A stretch of 64,000 nt of DNA. Origin: Felixounavirus NRG857CP1. The notes beneath the pieces were generated by a model. It had not been told where the DNA came from. It worked only from the letters and a program-made list of their open reading frames with translations, and did not search any database. Location: the sequence record OZ035796.1, one strand, 5' to 3'. Each line of letters begins with the position of its first letter. Position 1 is the stretch's first letter. Both the position numbers and the translations under genes were made by a program. Positions 49,786 through 58,767 of this stretch are shown here, one piece after another.

Positions 49786-50010
49786 TTACTCAGACTTTTC
49801 AGTCTTCTTATCGGATTTCTTACTAGTCTTCTTCTCAGCTTTCTGTTCAGGCTCCTTCTCAGAAGTTGCCTTAATAACCATATCAAGAAGCTCTGATAAG
49901 TCACTCTTCAGCAAAGTAACAGGCTGCTCGTTGTAGAAGTTTTTGTCAAGATAAACTTTGAACTCTTCTATAGAAGGAAATCCAAAAATTGGTACAGGTG
50001 TCTTAATCAT
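49786..50010 (-). CDS. small protein with Lys-rich C-terminus
   Basis: 74-aa ORF. Confidence 0.45.
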   Translation of the reverse strand: MIKTPVPIFGFPSIEEFKVYLDKNFYNEQPVTLLKSDLSELLDMVIKATSEKEPEQKAEKKTSKKSDKKTEKSE

Positions 50011-50086
50011 TACTTAGTTTCTCCATAGGCATCTTTTAAGATTGCCTTGTTAATCATTTCAGCGATTGCAAAACGAACACATACAG

Positions 50087-50590
50087 CTATAATTGTAGGT
50101 TGCATTCTTTACTTACCTCTTCAAGTTTAACCTCAGAGTCCTTGAGTCGTTTCTTATGAACTCTGAATCTCATTAGTGCGATGATGATACCAACTAAAGG
50201 GACAGCATACAAGTACCAAACATCATATACCTTTGCAGTAATCTGTGTAATGGTTAAGTCTTGAGCTATGGAACTGATTGCTGATACGGCTAGTAATGTT
50301 GCTAGGAAAAATGCCAGTACCATGACAATACTTAAACAACCTCTGGCATGGTGTTCATGCTTAATGCACTTATTCTTTTCGTCAACAACCCTGTTGTAGT
50401 CGTTTGTAAAGTCTCTGTAGAAAGCTTTCAAGTATTCTTTATTGTAGCCTTCAAAGCAACCTGTACCGTACCAATAATCACCACCAAAATGTGCTATGAT
50501 ACCAGTATCTCCATTTGGTTTTGTTACTCTTAGGGAAGTATGATGGCGAGTATCCTGATAATCTATCTTGTATCTTTCTTCGTAAATCAT
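50087..50590 (-). CDS. membrane protein
   Basis: C-terminal two TM helices; start at internal ATG giving an ATGA overlap. Confidence 0.5.
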   Translation of the reverse strand: MIYEERYKIDYQDTRHHTSLRVTKPNGDTGIIAHFGGDYWYGTGCFEGYNKEYLKAFYRDFTNDYNRVVDEKNKCIKHEHHARGCLSIVMVLAFFLATLLAVSAISSIAQDLTITQITAKVYDVWYLYAVPLVGIIIALMRFRVHKKRLKDSEVKLEEVSKECNLQL

Positions 50591-50820
50591 TTTCCAACCC
50601 CTCTCAATCGTTTGTTCCACTCAAGGTCAACAAGTCTTTGCAGGACTTTCCCTCTAGGTGTTACACCTTTTAAGTCTGCATCGTAGCAACGGTAAAAGTC
50701 ACCTTCAGCGTGTTTACCATAGCATTTTCTGATATTCTGACTTCTACGGTATTGTTCTAATAGAGACAGTCTGTAGTAATCTTCAACTGTAGTTAGTTTT
50801 TTCATTCTTTCACCACGCAT
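50587..50820 (-). CDS. hypothetical protein
   Basis: 77-aa ORF. Confidence 0.45.
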   Translation of the reverse strand: MRGERMKKLTTVEDYYRLSLLEQYRRSQNIRKCYGKHAEGDFYRCYDADLKGVTPRGKVLQRLVDLEWNKRLRGVGK

Positions 50821-50888
50821 CTTCTTAAGAAACTAAAAAGGGAACTACCTCTCGATAGCCCCCATCATAGTTAACATTGTATATTTGG

Positions 50889-51470
50889 TCAAGAGTATTT
50901 TTTAGGCAGTAATGCGCTTCTCTTGTTACTCTCTTCACTCAATAGTGCGATAAAATCGTCACCTTTGCCTTTCCACGGGCTGAATGAAGGGATATGTTCA
51001 CGAATAGCCTCAATAACCGTCTTAAGTGCTGTATTTTTCATCCACCAGTCAGAATCTGCTGATGCTACAACATAGTACCCGCCATCATCAGTAAGGATTG
51101 GCTCTGAGATACATGGTGAAATCAGAGTGGTGATGATTGAACCATTGTTCATATAGTATGTACGCTTCATAACCTTTTCAAGAAGCTTGTGAAGGTCACC
51201 AAACAGTGTTACAAGCTCTTTGTGGTCAATGTCTTTTTCGAGATTTGCTCGATACTTCAAAAGTGCAGCATCAACTTCTCTGTCATTAAACTTGAAGTAC
51301 TGAACTTCCTCAACAAGACAAACACTGATGTTGTTAACATTCATAGTCAACTTGCAAACTTTTGCAGGAGAATTGATATTTGGTTGAAAAAGTGCAATAC
51401 ACCCTTCAATGTTTCCAAAATGTTGTACTAATGTCACTTGTGGAGTGATACTCTGTTGCTCTTCGGACAT
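50889..51470 (-). CDS. hypothetical protein
   Basis: 193-aa ORF. Confidence 0.5.
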   Translation of the reverse strand: MSEEQQSITPQVTLVQHFGNIEGCIALFQPNINSPAKVCKLTMNVNNISVCLVEEVQYFKFNDREVDAALLKYRANLEKDIDHKELVTLFGDLHKLLEKVMKRTYYMNNGSIITTLISPCISEPILTDDGGYYVVASADSDWWMKNTALKTVIEAIREHIPSFSPWKGKGDDFIALLSEESNKRSALLPKKYS

Positions 51471-51814
51471 TACAGTTTCCTCATTAAATACTTTTTAAGT
51501 TGTGTGTTAGGTTTCTCAAAAACTTCTATAGAAGATATCTTAACAGATTCACCACGCATACCTGTGTGTTTGAATATATAGTACTCTAACATCCCTATAT
51601 ACTTTGCTGGTAAGTCATGCTTGACATACACCGTTACAGAGTCTTCAAACTCAACAACCTTTGTACCATCTTTGTAGTTAAACTCTTTAGGATGGTCGTA
51701 GTTGTCGATATCGTACATTAAAAAGAGTCTTTTCCGTTGCATGTCAAGCTTATTGGTTAAAGACTCTTTGATGTCTGAGAAGTTTTTGTACACTGTGACA
51801 TGGAGCTTACTCAT
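51470..51814 (-). CDS. hypothetical protein
   Basis: 114-aa ORF, 1-nt overlap. Confidence 0.5.
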   Translation of the reverse strand: MSKLHVTVYKNFSDIKESLTNKLDMQRKRLFLMYDIDNYDHPKEFNYKDGTKVVEFEDSVTVYVKHDLPAKYIGMLEYYIFKHTGMRGESVKISSIEVFEKPNTQLKKYLMRKL

Positions 51815-52100
51815 CGTTAAACTCTCTGACGAAGAAATAGTTGACTTTGTTATTACCTACCATAAGGTCAAAGCAGGTGTTCTCAAAAGGTTTGTTGTAG
51901 GCATCATATGACGTGTACGTATCAGCTACTTGTTTGGTATTGAGCTTTTTACTTGATGGATTTAAGAGGCCACCGTATAGTTTCTTGATAGCCTCTTCTA
52001 CAACAGACCAGATAATTTCGTCAGTAATTTCTTCGTACAGGTCAAGTTCACGCTCTAGTGAGAAGTCACAAATTGGGAAAATAACCTGTACTTTACTCAT
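51807..52100 (-). CDS. hypothetical protein
   Basis: 97-aa ORF. Confidence 0.45.
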   Translation of the reverse strand: MSKVQVIFPICDFSLERELDLYEEITDEIIWSVVEEAIKKLYGGLLNPSSKKLNTKQVADTYTSYDAYNKPFENTCFDLMVGNNKVNYFFVREFNDE

Positions 52101-52504
52101 TAACGAATAACCTGTGTGACTTGAATTGCTTCAGTTACGGACAATTCACCTACTTTCTCTTCTTTGATAAAAGTGAAGGTGAGTTCAACAGGTTCTTCTT
52201 CTTCTTCTTCTTGCTCAACTGGAACACCATTAAGCTCATCAAAGATTGATTTGGTTGTCCAGTCTTCACCACCATCTGGGTAGTGGATTGCGTAGAGAGG
52301 GAACTCCCTGTCAAACCAACCAAATACAGGGCAGCCATCTTCATCATCTCGCATTCGATGAAGGGTGCTTCCAGACCCTGTAAAACGAAGGAATAAATCT
52401 CCGTTGCACTTGAATATTACTGCGTCGGCAAAACCAATGTCTTCTCGACCATCATGGCCAAACGTGTCTACCTTTACTTGAATATCTCTAACATCTTTAT
52501 TCAT
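52100..52504 (-). CDS. hypothetical acidic protein
   Basis: 134-aa ORF with a poly-E stretch. Confidence 0.5.
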   Translation of the reverse strand: MNKDVRDIQVKVDTFGHDGREDIGFADAVIFKCNGDLFLRFTGSGSTLHRMRDDEDGCPVFGWFDREFPLYAIHYPDGGEDWTTKSIFDELNGVPVEQEEEEEEPVELTFTFIKEEKVGELSVTEAIQVTQVIR

Positions 52505-52895
52505 AAAAACCTCTCTCTGCTTGTTCGATTTTCGCTTTTAGAACTTCACACCGTTCAATGTGATATCTGGCTTCATGCTCATGTGTCGCCAAAGTTCTTT
52601 CAAGAATGGTTTTATAGTAACCTGCAAGCTGCTCTCTTGTCAATGGGTTCTCTGAAATAATATCAAGGCCACTTTCACCTAGAGTATTAAATTGTCCATG
52701 CTCATTTACATGGTAAGTCTCAAATTTGAATAAACCGTTATTAGCAGCCTCAATAGGTGAGAGTTCAACCAACTCAACGGTGAACATTGTATGTACCCTA
52801 TCACCAACTGTAACAATGTTACTTCCAATGATGCGTACAAGCGAACCATTACGAGTGTACTTAAAAGTCCCAAAGTCACTAGCCCAAAGCTTCAT
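52497..52895 (-). CDS. hypothetical protein
   Basis: 132-aa ORF. Confidence 0.5.
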   Translation of the reverse strand: MKLWASDFGTFKYTRNGSLVRIIGSNIVTVGDRVHTMFTVELVELSPIEAANNGLFKFETYHVNEHGQFNTLGESGLDIISENPLTREQLAGYYKTILERTLATHEHEARYHIERCEVLKAKIEQAERGFYE

Positions 52896-52908
52896 AATTT
52901 TCTCCTTA

Positions 52909-52936
52909 GAAAATAAAAAAGGCTCCCGAAGGAGCC
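52909..52936 (-). terminator. rho-independent terminator (minus strand)
   Basis: On the minus strand GGCTCC-ttcg-GGAGCC followed by TTTTTTATTTT, directly after the lysozyme stop. Confidence 0.6.
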
Positions 52937-52946
52937 TATGAAGATA

Positions 52947-53411
52947 TTACTTTGGGTATACACTGTCAAGATAAATGTCAGCTTCCATTCTACGTCTGTT
53001 TTTCAGACCGTTTGAAGTGACCTTCTTACCCTTAACTGTAACCTTGTTCCACCACTGCATAGCTTCTGCACAACCTACCTTATTACCAGCATTGTGTCGC
53101 TTGATAAATGTAGAATCCTGCATAGCTGTGATACCGATGTTGTATGTTTCACTTACAAGTGCATCGAACTCATTCTGAGAAGTTGGAACCTTGATAGCTT
53201 TATTCACTGCTGCAACGAACTTCTCAACATCTGCAAGAAGATACTGTTCAGCTTGTTCGGCAGTAATTTTCATACCCATCTTAACAGGTTTTCCGTCAAT
53301 ACGGATTGTACCATACCCGATTGTCGGGATTCCGGCAGAGTCTTCGTAAGCCTCTAACTTCAGACCTTCAAAGAACTTAATAGCTTCTAGACCTTTTCTT
53401 GAGAGTTGCAT
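52947..53411 (-). CDS. endolysin, T4-type lysozyme (GH24-like)
   Basis: FEGLKLEAYEDSAGIPTIGYG matches the catalytic E...D...T region of T4 lysozyme ([21 protein letters not shown]) as recalled. Confidence 0.8.
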   Translation of the reverse strand: MQLSRKGLEAIKFFEGLKLEAYEDSAGIPTIGYGTIRIDGKPVKMGMKITAEQAEQYLLADVEKFVAAVNKAIKVPTSQNEFDALVSETYNIGITAMQDSTFIKRHNAGNKVGCAEAMQWWNKVTVKGKKVTSNGLKNRRRMEADIYLDSVYPK

Positions 53412-54292
53412 TATGCCTCCCCTGCTGGGTTAACTGTAACCGTTGCTGCATTAGATGTTACAGAGCCACCTGCGCCAGTAACTACACAGGTGTAGCTTCC
53501 TGCATCAGCAGTGGTTGCACCTTCTTTGGTGTAAGTTGCAGCAGTTGCATCGAGGATGTCTTCCTCACCTTTCTTCCATTGGTAACCTGTCGCACCTGTT
53601 GCCACAACATTCAGCGTTAAGGTCTCACCTTCAGTGATTTCTTGATTGGTTGGCTGTTGAGTGATAACTGGTAAAGCTTTCACAGTAACGGTTGCAGGGC
53701 TAGAAGTGACAGAACCACCTGCACCTGTTACAACGCAAGTGTATGAACCAGCATCAGAAGGTGCTACAGACTGTTTTGTGTAGGTTGCAGATGTGGCGCT
53801 AGTGATATTCTCACCATCCTTTTTCCATTGATATCCAGTGGCATTAGTTGCAATAATGCTTAGGGTAAGTGTACCACCTTCATTTACTGTTTGATTGGTT
53901 GGTTGCTGAGTAATTGATGGTGGCTTGATAGCATCCTTCAACTTAGCATTCAACATTGAGAATGGTTTAACTCTTGCCAACCATTCACAATAAACTGTAT
54001 CAACGTCTTTACCATTGATAATTGCATATTGTAAGTCCATGAAGAAGTCAGAGGTTCTCATTTGAGCACCAATGCTGTAAAGCAACTCATCACTAAATGG
54101 AACTTTGTAGTCTGGTTTGTAGTCAAACTCATCGACTTCTGCAATATCAGCTTCAGGCCAATACGAACTGTAGGTAAGCGGTAAAATAGCCTCTTGATAT
54201 GTTCTAAAATCATATCTCTTACCAGCCTTTACGTTTGCAATGAAGCCCTTCACAAACTCTTTGAAGTCTGGGTAAGTCTTTGCTTTAATCAT
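53411..54292 (-). CDS. protein with two tandem Ig-like domains
   Basis: Two ~88-aa repeats (ITQQPTNQ...GYQWKK...AGSYTCVVTGAGGSVTS...ATVTV) with Ig-type W and Y-x-C positions; N-terminal ~120 aa paralogous to the next gene. Confidence 0.6.
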   Translation of the reverse strand: MIKAKTYPDFKEFVKGFIANVKAGKRYDFRTYQEAILPLTYSSYWPEADIAEVDEFDYKPDYKVPFSDELLYSIGAQMRTSDFFMDLQYAIINGKDVDTVYCEWLARVKPFSMLNAKLKDAIKPPSITQQPTNQTVNEGGTLTLSIIATNATGYQWKKDGENITSATSATYTKQSVAPSDAGSYTCVVTGAGGSVTSSPATVTVKALPVITQQPTNQEITEGETLTLNVVATGATGYQWKKGEEDILDATAATYTKEGATTADAGSYTCVVTGAGGSVTSNAATVTVNPAGEA

Positions 54293-54660
54293 TTCTTTTT
54301 AGCCTCTAAATGTGCGTTTAGTCTAAAATAACCTTTGTGATGCGGAGATACGTCACCAACAACAATACCTTTAACCTTATAACCTTTACCAATTACATAC
54401 TGGATATCCATAAGGAATCTTCCAAGACCAACAATATGGAACATTGGATATAATAGATTCTCAGAGTCTGGAATATTGATTTCGGGTTTGTAGGTTCGAT
54501 GTTCGATTGTTGGTGTAATATCTTCTTCAGGCCATTTGCTGAGTCTCCATGTCAAAGGTGTTGGGATAACATCATTAAGGCTGTACCTTTCACCATTTTG
54601 CACGGAATTGACATAGGATTGTAGGAAGCAATAAAAGTCTTTTGCACTCTTAGCTTCCAT
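54289..54660 (-). CDS. hypothetical protein, paralog of the N-terminal domain of the Ig-like protein
   Basis: Shared blocks (RY, YKP, LLY, F-MD-QY-I) with 53411-54292. Confidence 0.5.
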   Translation of the reverse strand: MEAKSAKDFYCFLQSYVNSVQNGERYSLNDVIPTPLTWRLSKWPEEDITPTIEHRTYKPEINIPDSENLLYPMFHIVGLGRFLMDIQYVIGKGYKVKGIVVGDVSPHHKGYFRLNAHLEAKKK

Positions 54661-54707
54661 TAAATATCCTTATAAATAGTTAAAGGGGCATCAGCCCCTA
54701 TTCACAC

Positions 54708-55298
54708 TTAAGCTTTGGTCTTAAGTAGGTTCTTAAGTTTTTTAAGATTCATACTCTCATCAAACTTAAAACCAAATCCATTGACATAATCAATGAACTC
54801 GGATTTCTTACTGAGTGACAATGCGTAACTCATATCAAAGTTCTTACTTGTTTCTGCGTCTGGACTAGAGTTCACATCAAATGAAATTTCCGTAGGCTCT
54901 TGCTTACTTTTTCTCATATTATCAACCAACAAACATGTATAGTTTGCTGGATAGAAATTTACACTACCATCAACGTAGCTGTACTTATTATTATGGATAA
55001 GGTTGGAAAAGACCTTAAGGAATGTTTCTGAGTCGTGGCAAACAAGTTTGAATTGGCTGCTCTCTCCAAGCGCAACTAATGAGTACGGACTTTCACTATC
55101 AAAGTCATAATTTGGATTTGATGCCGTTACTGTTACACGCATCAAGTTATTAGCAATGGTCTTCTGTTTAAAAGAATTTTGAACATAGTGAAGACCTCTA
55201 TCACACTGATTGACTAGCTCTTTAAGTAGGTCATTTGCATATGGCGAATTAATTGATACAGAGCCATCACTATTGTAATTAAAACTTACTGTTAACAT
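54708..55298 (-). CDS. hypothetical protein
   Basis: 196-aa ORF. Confidence 0.5.
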   Translation of the reverse strand: MLTVSFNYNSDGSVSINSPYANDLLKELVNQCDRGLHYVQNSFKQKTIANNLMRVTVTASNPNYDFDSESPYSLVALGESSQFKLVCHDSETFLKVFSNLIHNNKYSYVDGSVNFYPANYTCLLVDNMRKSKQEPTEISFDVNSSPDAETSKNFDMSYALSLSKKSEFIDYVNGFGFKFDESMNLKKLKNLLKTKA

Positions 55299-55525
55299 TT
55301 TTCAGTTCTCCTGCGATTTATAATTTTGCTGCAATAGAGAAACGAAGTAAACTCACTGGAAGAAACCATTAAGTGTTGTTCACTAGATTGAGCCATTGCC
55401 CTGAAATACATTCCAGTCAAAGCATCATAGTGACTATTCTTTCCAATTGAGGTTATATAGCCATGACTCTTTGCAGTTTGATATAAATCTATAATATCTG
55501 CGATTTCTAATTGGGAACTACACAT
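55292..55525 (-). CDS. hypothetical protein
   Basis: 77-aa ORF. Confidence 0.4.
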   Translation of the reverse strand: MCSSQLEIADIIDLYQTAKSHGYITSIGKNSHYDALTGMYFRAMAQSSEQHLMVSSSEFTSFLYCSKIINRRRTEKC

Positions 55526-55689
55526 AGATAATCCTCTTGTCTTCTGTAATTTTGAAAGAACAGGTACAGACCAATTTCAGAGGATGAATAGTAGAGTAAC
55601 TCTACCCTTTTTGATTCCTTACAGTGATTGGTATTTTTACCTTTCTTCGGGTTGTTTGATTTTCTCATTAAGTCTCCTTTGTAGAACAA
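55507..55689 (-). CDS. small basic protein
   Basis: 60-aa ORF; start uncertain. Confidence 0.35.
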   Translation of the reverse strand: MFYKGDLMRKSNNPKKGKNTNHCKESKRVELLYYSSSEIGLYLFFQNYRRQEDYLCVVPN

Positions 55690-55767
55690 GGCAGACCTAC
55701 AGCTTTAAGTAAGATGGTACAGTAATCCATACAACAAGTCAAGAACTATTGCAAGTTAAAAAAGTTG

Positions 55768-55796
55768 TTGACAAAGTACTTGACAAGGTGTAGGCT
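55768..55796 (+). promoter_or_regulatory. promoter candidate with tandem TTGACA and conserved TTGACAAGGTG box
   Basis: TTGACA(55768)-N6-TTGACAAGGTG then TAGGCT 17 nt after the first hexamer; divergent intergenic region. Confidence 0.4.
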
Positions 55797-55849
55797 TATA
55801 AATACTTAGAAGATAACTTAAAAGGTTCCTCTAAAAAGGCTATTTAAAC

Positions 55850-55869
55850 AGATATCTTTCTGGATATCT
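55850..55869. promoter_or_regulatory. palindrome, operator candidate
   Basis: AGATATC-tttctg-GATATCT. Confidence 0.3.
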
Positions 55870-55917
55870 ATCTTTTATCTTAAAAGCCTTTTAAGAGGTC
55901 TTATAAGAGGCATACCA

Positions 55918-56289
55918 ATGAAAAACAGAACAAACAAAGGCCAGTTTAAAAAAGGCCAGTCTGGAAACCCATCTGGAAGACCAAAAGGCTCTCGTAACAA
56001 AAGCTCACTTGTAAAAGCTCAACTGACCATTGATAATTCTGCTGAGTTTGCTGCAAAGTTGTTTGAGGCGATTGTTACAAGGGACGCTGCTAAGCTTGCA
56101 GAGTTCGGTTTAAACACAGATGACGTAACCATCAAGAGCATGATTGAGGTCGGTAAAACTATCATGACTCACTCAGCAGGTGAGATGAAAGCAATTGCAG
56201 CAGATACTAAGAAAACCCCTGATAATGGTGGTCAGCCACAGACAGATAACAAACCAACGTTCTCTGCTGTAGCTACTCTCAAAAAATAA
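55918..56289 (+). CDS. hypothetical protein
   Basis: 123 aa; N-terminal basic G-rich segment KGQFKKGQSGNPSGRPKGSRNK. Confidence 0.5.
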   Translation: MKNRTNKGQFKKGQSGNPSGRPKGSRNKSSLVKAQLTIDNSAEFAAKLFEAIVTRDAAKLAEFGLNTDDVTIKSMIEVGKTIMTHSAGEMKAIAADTKKTPDNGGQPQTDNKPTFSAVATLKK

Positions 56290-56301
56290 TTTTAAAAGGT
56301 G

Positions 56302-56336
56302 TTGACAGACTCTACAAAGTTGCTCTAAAGTCTGTC
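56302..56336 (+). promoter_or_regulatory. sigma70-like promoter with overlapping dyad
   Basis: TTGACA - 18 nt - TAAAGT; GACAGACT...AGTCTGTC inverted repeat spans the promoter. Confidence 0.5.
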
Positions 56337-56371
56337 ACATCAAACAACAAAATGAGAGAAGAGAGTAAAAT

Positions 56372-57787
56372 ATGAGCGAGTTATTTAAACATGCGCACCT
56401 TCATGCAGGTCGAACTGAAAATGGTGCTGTAAACCATACTTCATCAATGTCTGCTCTGGTAGACTTCTACAAAGCCGCTGGCTCAAGCCGTAGCAATGTA
56501 GAAATCTTACCAGACCTGTTCTACAAAGCTTTGCGTGAGGATGTTGATGTTGCAGTTCGTATTTTACTGCATATGCGAGATGTACGAGAAGGCATGGGTG
56601 AGCGTAAAGCTTTCCGAACTGTTTTACTTCAAGCGATTGAAGATAAAGTTTTAGAACCTACACAGGTTCTTCGCATTATGGATAAGATTGCAGAACTTGG
56701 TCGTTTTGATGACTTCAAAATCTTCGTAGGTACTCGTTTCGAGACAGATGCCTTCAAACATTTAGAAGCAGCATTACTAGACCCTGCAACAGCAGGTTTA
56801 GCAGCTAAGTGGTTGCCACGAGTAAAACCACGCCACAAACAGTTTGTAAAACGTTTCTGTAAATTTGCAAACTTAAGCGAGAAGGAGTATCGCACACTGT
56901 TATCTGCACTGTCTGATACGGTTGAGCAAAAAATCTCTGCTAATGAGTTTGGTAAGATTGACTACAGCAAGATTCCTTCACTCGCTGCTGCACGTTACCA
57001 AAAACTCTTTAACCGTAAAGATGGAGAACGTTACAAAGCTTACATCGAATCACTCTCAAAGGGTGAGGCTAAGATTAACGCTGGTGCTGTTTACCCATAT
57101 GATGTGATTAAATCTATCAAGCATGGTAATGCAGATGTTGCTAATGAGCAGTGGAAAGCACTACCAAACTGGATGGCAGAAGGTGAGAACATCTTATGTA
57201 TGACTGATGTCTCAAGTTCAATGTCTTTGGTGAACTTTGGTTCAATTACTGCCCTTGATATTGGTGTATCACTTGCCTTGTATGTAGCAGAACGCAATAC
57301 AGGTTGCTTTAAAGATGAGTTAATGGTCTATTCAACAAACCCTCATTTCATTGAACTGAGTGGTGATTTACGAAACCGTCATCGTCAGGTAATGCGTCAT
57401 GTTGAATATGGTTCAACTAACTTACAAGCAGCTTTTGACCGTATTCTTGAAATAGGTAAGAGAAACAACTTGACTCAGAAAGATATGCCAAGTAAGCTTA
57501 TCATCTTCTCTGATATGGAGTTCAATCAGGTTGATGGTGCAAATGGTCGTACAAACTTTGAAGCAATTCAGAGTAAGTACAAAAAAGCTGGATACGAAAT
57601 GCCACAACTAGTATTCTGGTACTTAGCAAACCGTAATGGTACTTGCGAAGTATCTGTTAAGGATAATGGTGTAGCAATGGTATCAGGGTTCTCTCCAGCC
57701 ACTTTAAAAGCTCTGCTTGGTGGTGAGAAGTTTGACCCAATCAGCGTAATGCTCAAAGCAGTAATGATTGACCGTTACATCTGGTAA
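56372..57787 (+). CDS. vWA-domain protein with N-terminal helical domain (possible Ro60/TROVE-like architecture)
   Basis: 471 aa; C-terminal vWA fold with MIDAS-type DxSxS (MTDVSSSM), later STNLQ and LIIFSDMEF elements; the N-terminal ~270 aa was not assignable by eye. Confidence 0.5.
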   Translation: MSELFKHAHLHAGRTENGAVNHTSSMSALVDFYKAAGSSRSNVEILPDLFYKALREDVDVAVRILLHMRDVREGMGERKAFRTVLLQAIEDKVLEPTQVLRIMDKIAELGRFDDFKIFVGTRFETDAFKHLEAALLDPATAGLAAKWLPRVKPRHKQFVKRFCKFANLSEKEYRTLLSALSDTVEQKISANEFGKIDYSKIPSLAAARYQKLFNRKDGERYKAYIESLSKGEAKINAGAVYPYDVIKSIKHGNADVANEQWKALPNWMAEGENILCMTDVSSSMSLVNFGSITALDIGVSLALYVAERNTGCFKDELMVYSTNPHFIELSGDLRNRHRQVMRHVEYGSTNLQAAFDRILEIGKRNNLTQKDMPSKLIIFSDMEFNQVDGANGRTNFEAIQSKYKKAGYEMPQLVFWYLANRNGTCEVSVKDNGVAMVSGFSPATLKALLGGEKFDPISVMLKAVMIDRYIW

Positions 57788-57804
57788 AAAGTTTTAAAAA
57801 GGGT

Positions 57805-57833
57805 ATTGACAATGTGTTTAATACCCTTTAATA
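57805..57833 (+). promoter_or_regulatory. sigma70-like promoter heading the tRNA cluster
   Basis: TTGACA - 17 nt - TAATAT; GGGTATT...AATACCC dyad overlaps it. Confidence 0.55.
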
Positions 57834-57896
57834 TGTCCTACATAGAAACGAAATGAGAGCTTTTCTAAGATACTGAAAAATATTTTAAAAAAGTTC

Positions 57897-57926
57897 TTGA
57901 CAACCACTAAAAAATAATGTTAAAGT
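57897..57926 (+). promoter_or_regulatory. second sigma70-like promoter upstream of the tRNA cluster
   Basis: TTGACA - 18 nt - TAAAGT; CCACT...AGTGG dyad. Confidence 0.5.
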
Positions 57927-57952
57927 GGTTACATAGAGTTTGAAAAGTTTAT

Positions 57953-58029
57953 CTCTGTTTAGCTCAGCTTGGTAGAGCGTTCCGTTTGGGGCGGTAAGGC
58001 CGGAGGTTCAAGTCCTCCAACAGAGACCA
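57953..58029 (+). tRNA. tRNA-Pro (anticodon TGG)
   Basis: Hand-folded cloverleaf: 7-bp acceptor CTCTGTT/AACAGAG, D-arm GCTC/GAGC, anticodon loop TTTGGGG, T-arm GGAGG-TTCAAGT-CCTCC, encoded CCA. Confidence 0.7.
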
Positions 58030-58036
58030 AATTAAT

Positions 58037-58114
58037 GTTCCAGTAGACAAAACGGTAAAGTCACCACTCTTTCAAAGTGGATATTTGAGGGTTCAAATCC
58101 CTTCTGGAACGCCA
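58037..58114 (+). tRNA. tRNA-Glu (anticodon TTC)
   Basis: Acceptor GTTCCAG/CTGGAAC, anticodon stem CCACT/AGTGG with loop CTTTCAA, T-loop TTCAAAT, CCA. Confidence 0.7.
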
Positions 58115-58121
58115 GTTTTGA

Positions 58122-58194
58122 CAGAAGACCAATTACAGCAAACTTAATCTTATTCATCTGAAGCTAAATCGGACAAAGAAGAGATTTGGTCTGG
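58122..58194 (+). ncRNA. conserved stem element A1 (CAGAAGACCA...TGGTCTGG)
   Basis: 20-nt conserved 5' box CAGAAGACCAATTACAGCAA and downstream complementary TGGTCTGG; member of a 4-copy family with covarying stem bases. Confidence 0.4.
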
Positions 58195-58206
58195 TCATTA
58201 AGAATT

Positions 58207-58281
58207 GCGGGTATAGAGAAAGGGCGTCTCACATGTCTCATTAGCATGGTATCGGCAGGTTCGACTCCTGCACCCGCCTCC
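58207..58281 (+). tRNA. tRNA with CAT anticodon (Met or Ile2)
   Basis: Anticodon stem CATGT/GCATG with loop CTCATTA; T-arm GCAGG-TTCGACT-CCTGC; acceptor GCGGGT/ACCCGC. Confidence 0.6.
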
Positions 58282-58288
58282 AATTTTG

Positions 58289-58348
58289 CAGAAGACCGTA
58301 TGCAGCAATAAACTACTTTTTGCGGATAAAAGAAAAAACACGGTCTGG
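58289..58348 (+). ncRNA. conserved stem element A2 (CAGAAGACCG...CGGTCTGG)
   Basis: Same 5' box with A-to-G change matched by T-to-C in the 3' partner (covariation). Confidence 0.4.
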
Positions 58349-58359
58349 CAATGTATTAA

Positions 58360-58436
58360 GGTTAGGAAGCACATAAGGTATGTGCGGTCGCCTGTTAAGC
58401 GAATGGCACAGGGTTCGAATCCCTGACTAACCGCCA
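58360..58436 (+). tRNA. tRNA-Asn (anticodon GTT)
   Basis: Acceptor GGTTAGG/ACTAACC, D-stem GCAC/GTGC, anticodon loop CTGTTAA, T-arm CAGGG-TTCGAAT-CCCTG, CCA. Confidence 0.65.
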
Positions 58437-58445
58437 AATTTAAAT

Positions 58446-58533
58446 GTGTCGTTATCCCGTAGATGGTAGCGGTGGGGACTGTAAATCCCTTGTCATTGAG
58501 ACTCGGTAGGTTCGACTCCTACACGGCACACCA
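58446..58533 (+). tRNA. tRNA-Tyr (anticodon GTA), long variable arm
   Basis: 88 nt; acceptor GTGTCGT/ACGGCAC; anticodon stem GGGGA/TCCCT with loop CTGTAAA; long variable arm; T-loop TTCGACT; CCA. Confidence 0.7.
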
Positions 58534-58539
58534 AATAAA

Positions 58540-58616
58540 GGTTATGTAGTTTAACTGGATAAAATACTCCCCTGTCACGGGAGATGATGTGAGTTCAAGT
58601 CTCATCGTAACCGCCA
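58540..58616 (+). tRNA. tRNA-Asp (anticodon GTC)
   Basis: Acceptor GGTTATG/CGTAACC; anticodon stem CTCCC/GGGAG with loop CTGTCAC; T-loop TTCAAGT; CCA. Confidence 0.7.
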
Positions 58617-58677
58617 ATTTTGAGAGGGCTATTTAGCTCCTCCCTTAAAGAGTTCTTACGAGTATTCTTTAAAGGAG

Positions 58678-58754
58678 CAGAAGACCAATTACAGCAAGTA
58701 CGTATGATATTTTCAAGCCAATTTAATTTTGAAAAAATTTAAAACTTGGTCTGG
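58678..58754 (+). ncRNA. conserved stem element A3 (CAGAAGACCA...TGGTCTGG)
   Basis: Third copy of the conserved box with matching 3' partner. Confidence 0.4.
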
Positions 58755-58767
58755 CTCAACAAATTTA

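Noticed and set aside
58198-58437. Minus-strand ORF (79 aa) in the ORF track
   Set aside because: It lies antisense across the tRNA-Met and tRNA-Asn genes and a conserved hairpin element; no Shine-Dalgarno; judged to be a chance ORF.
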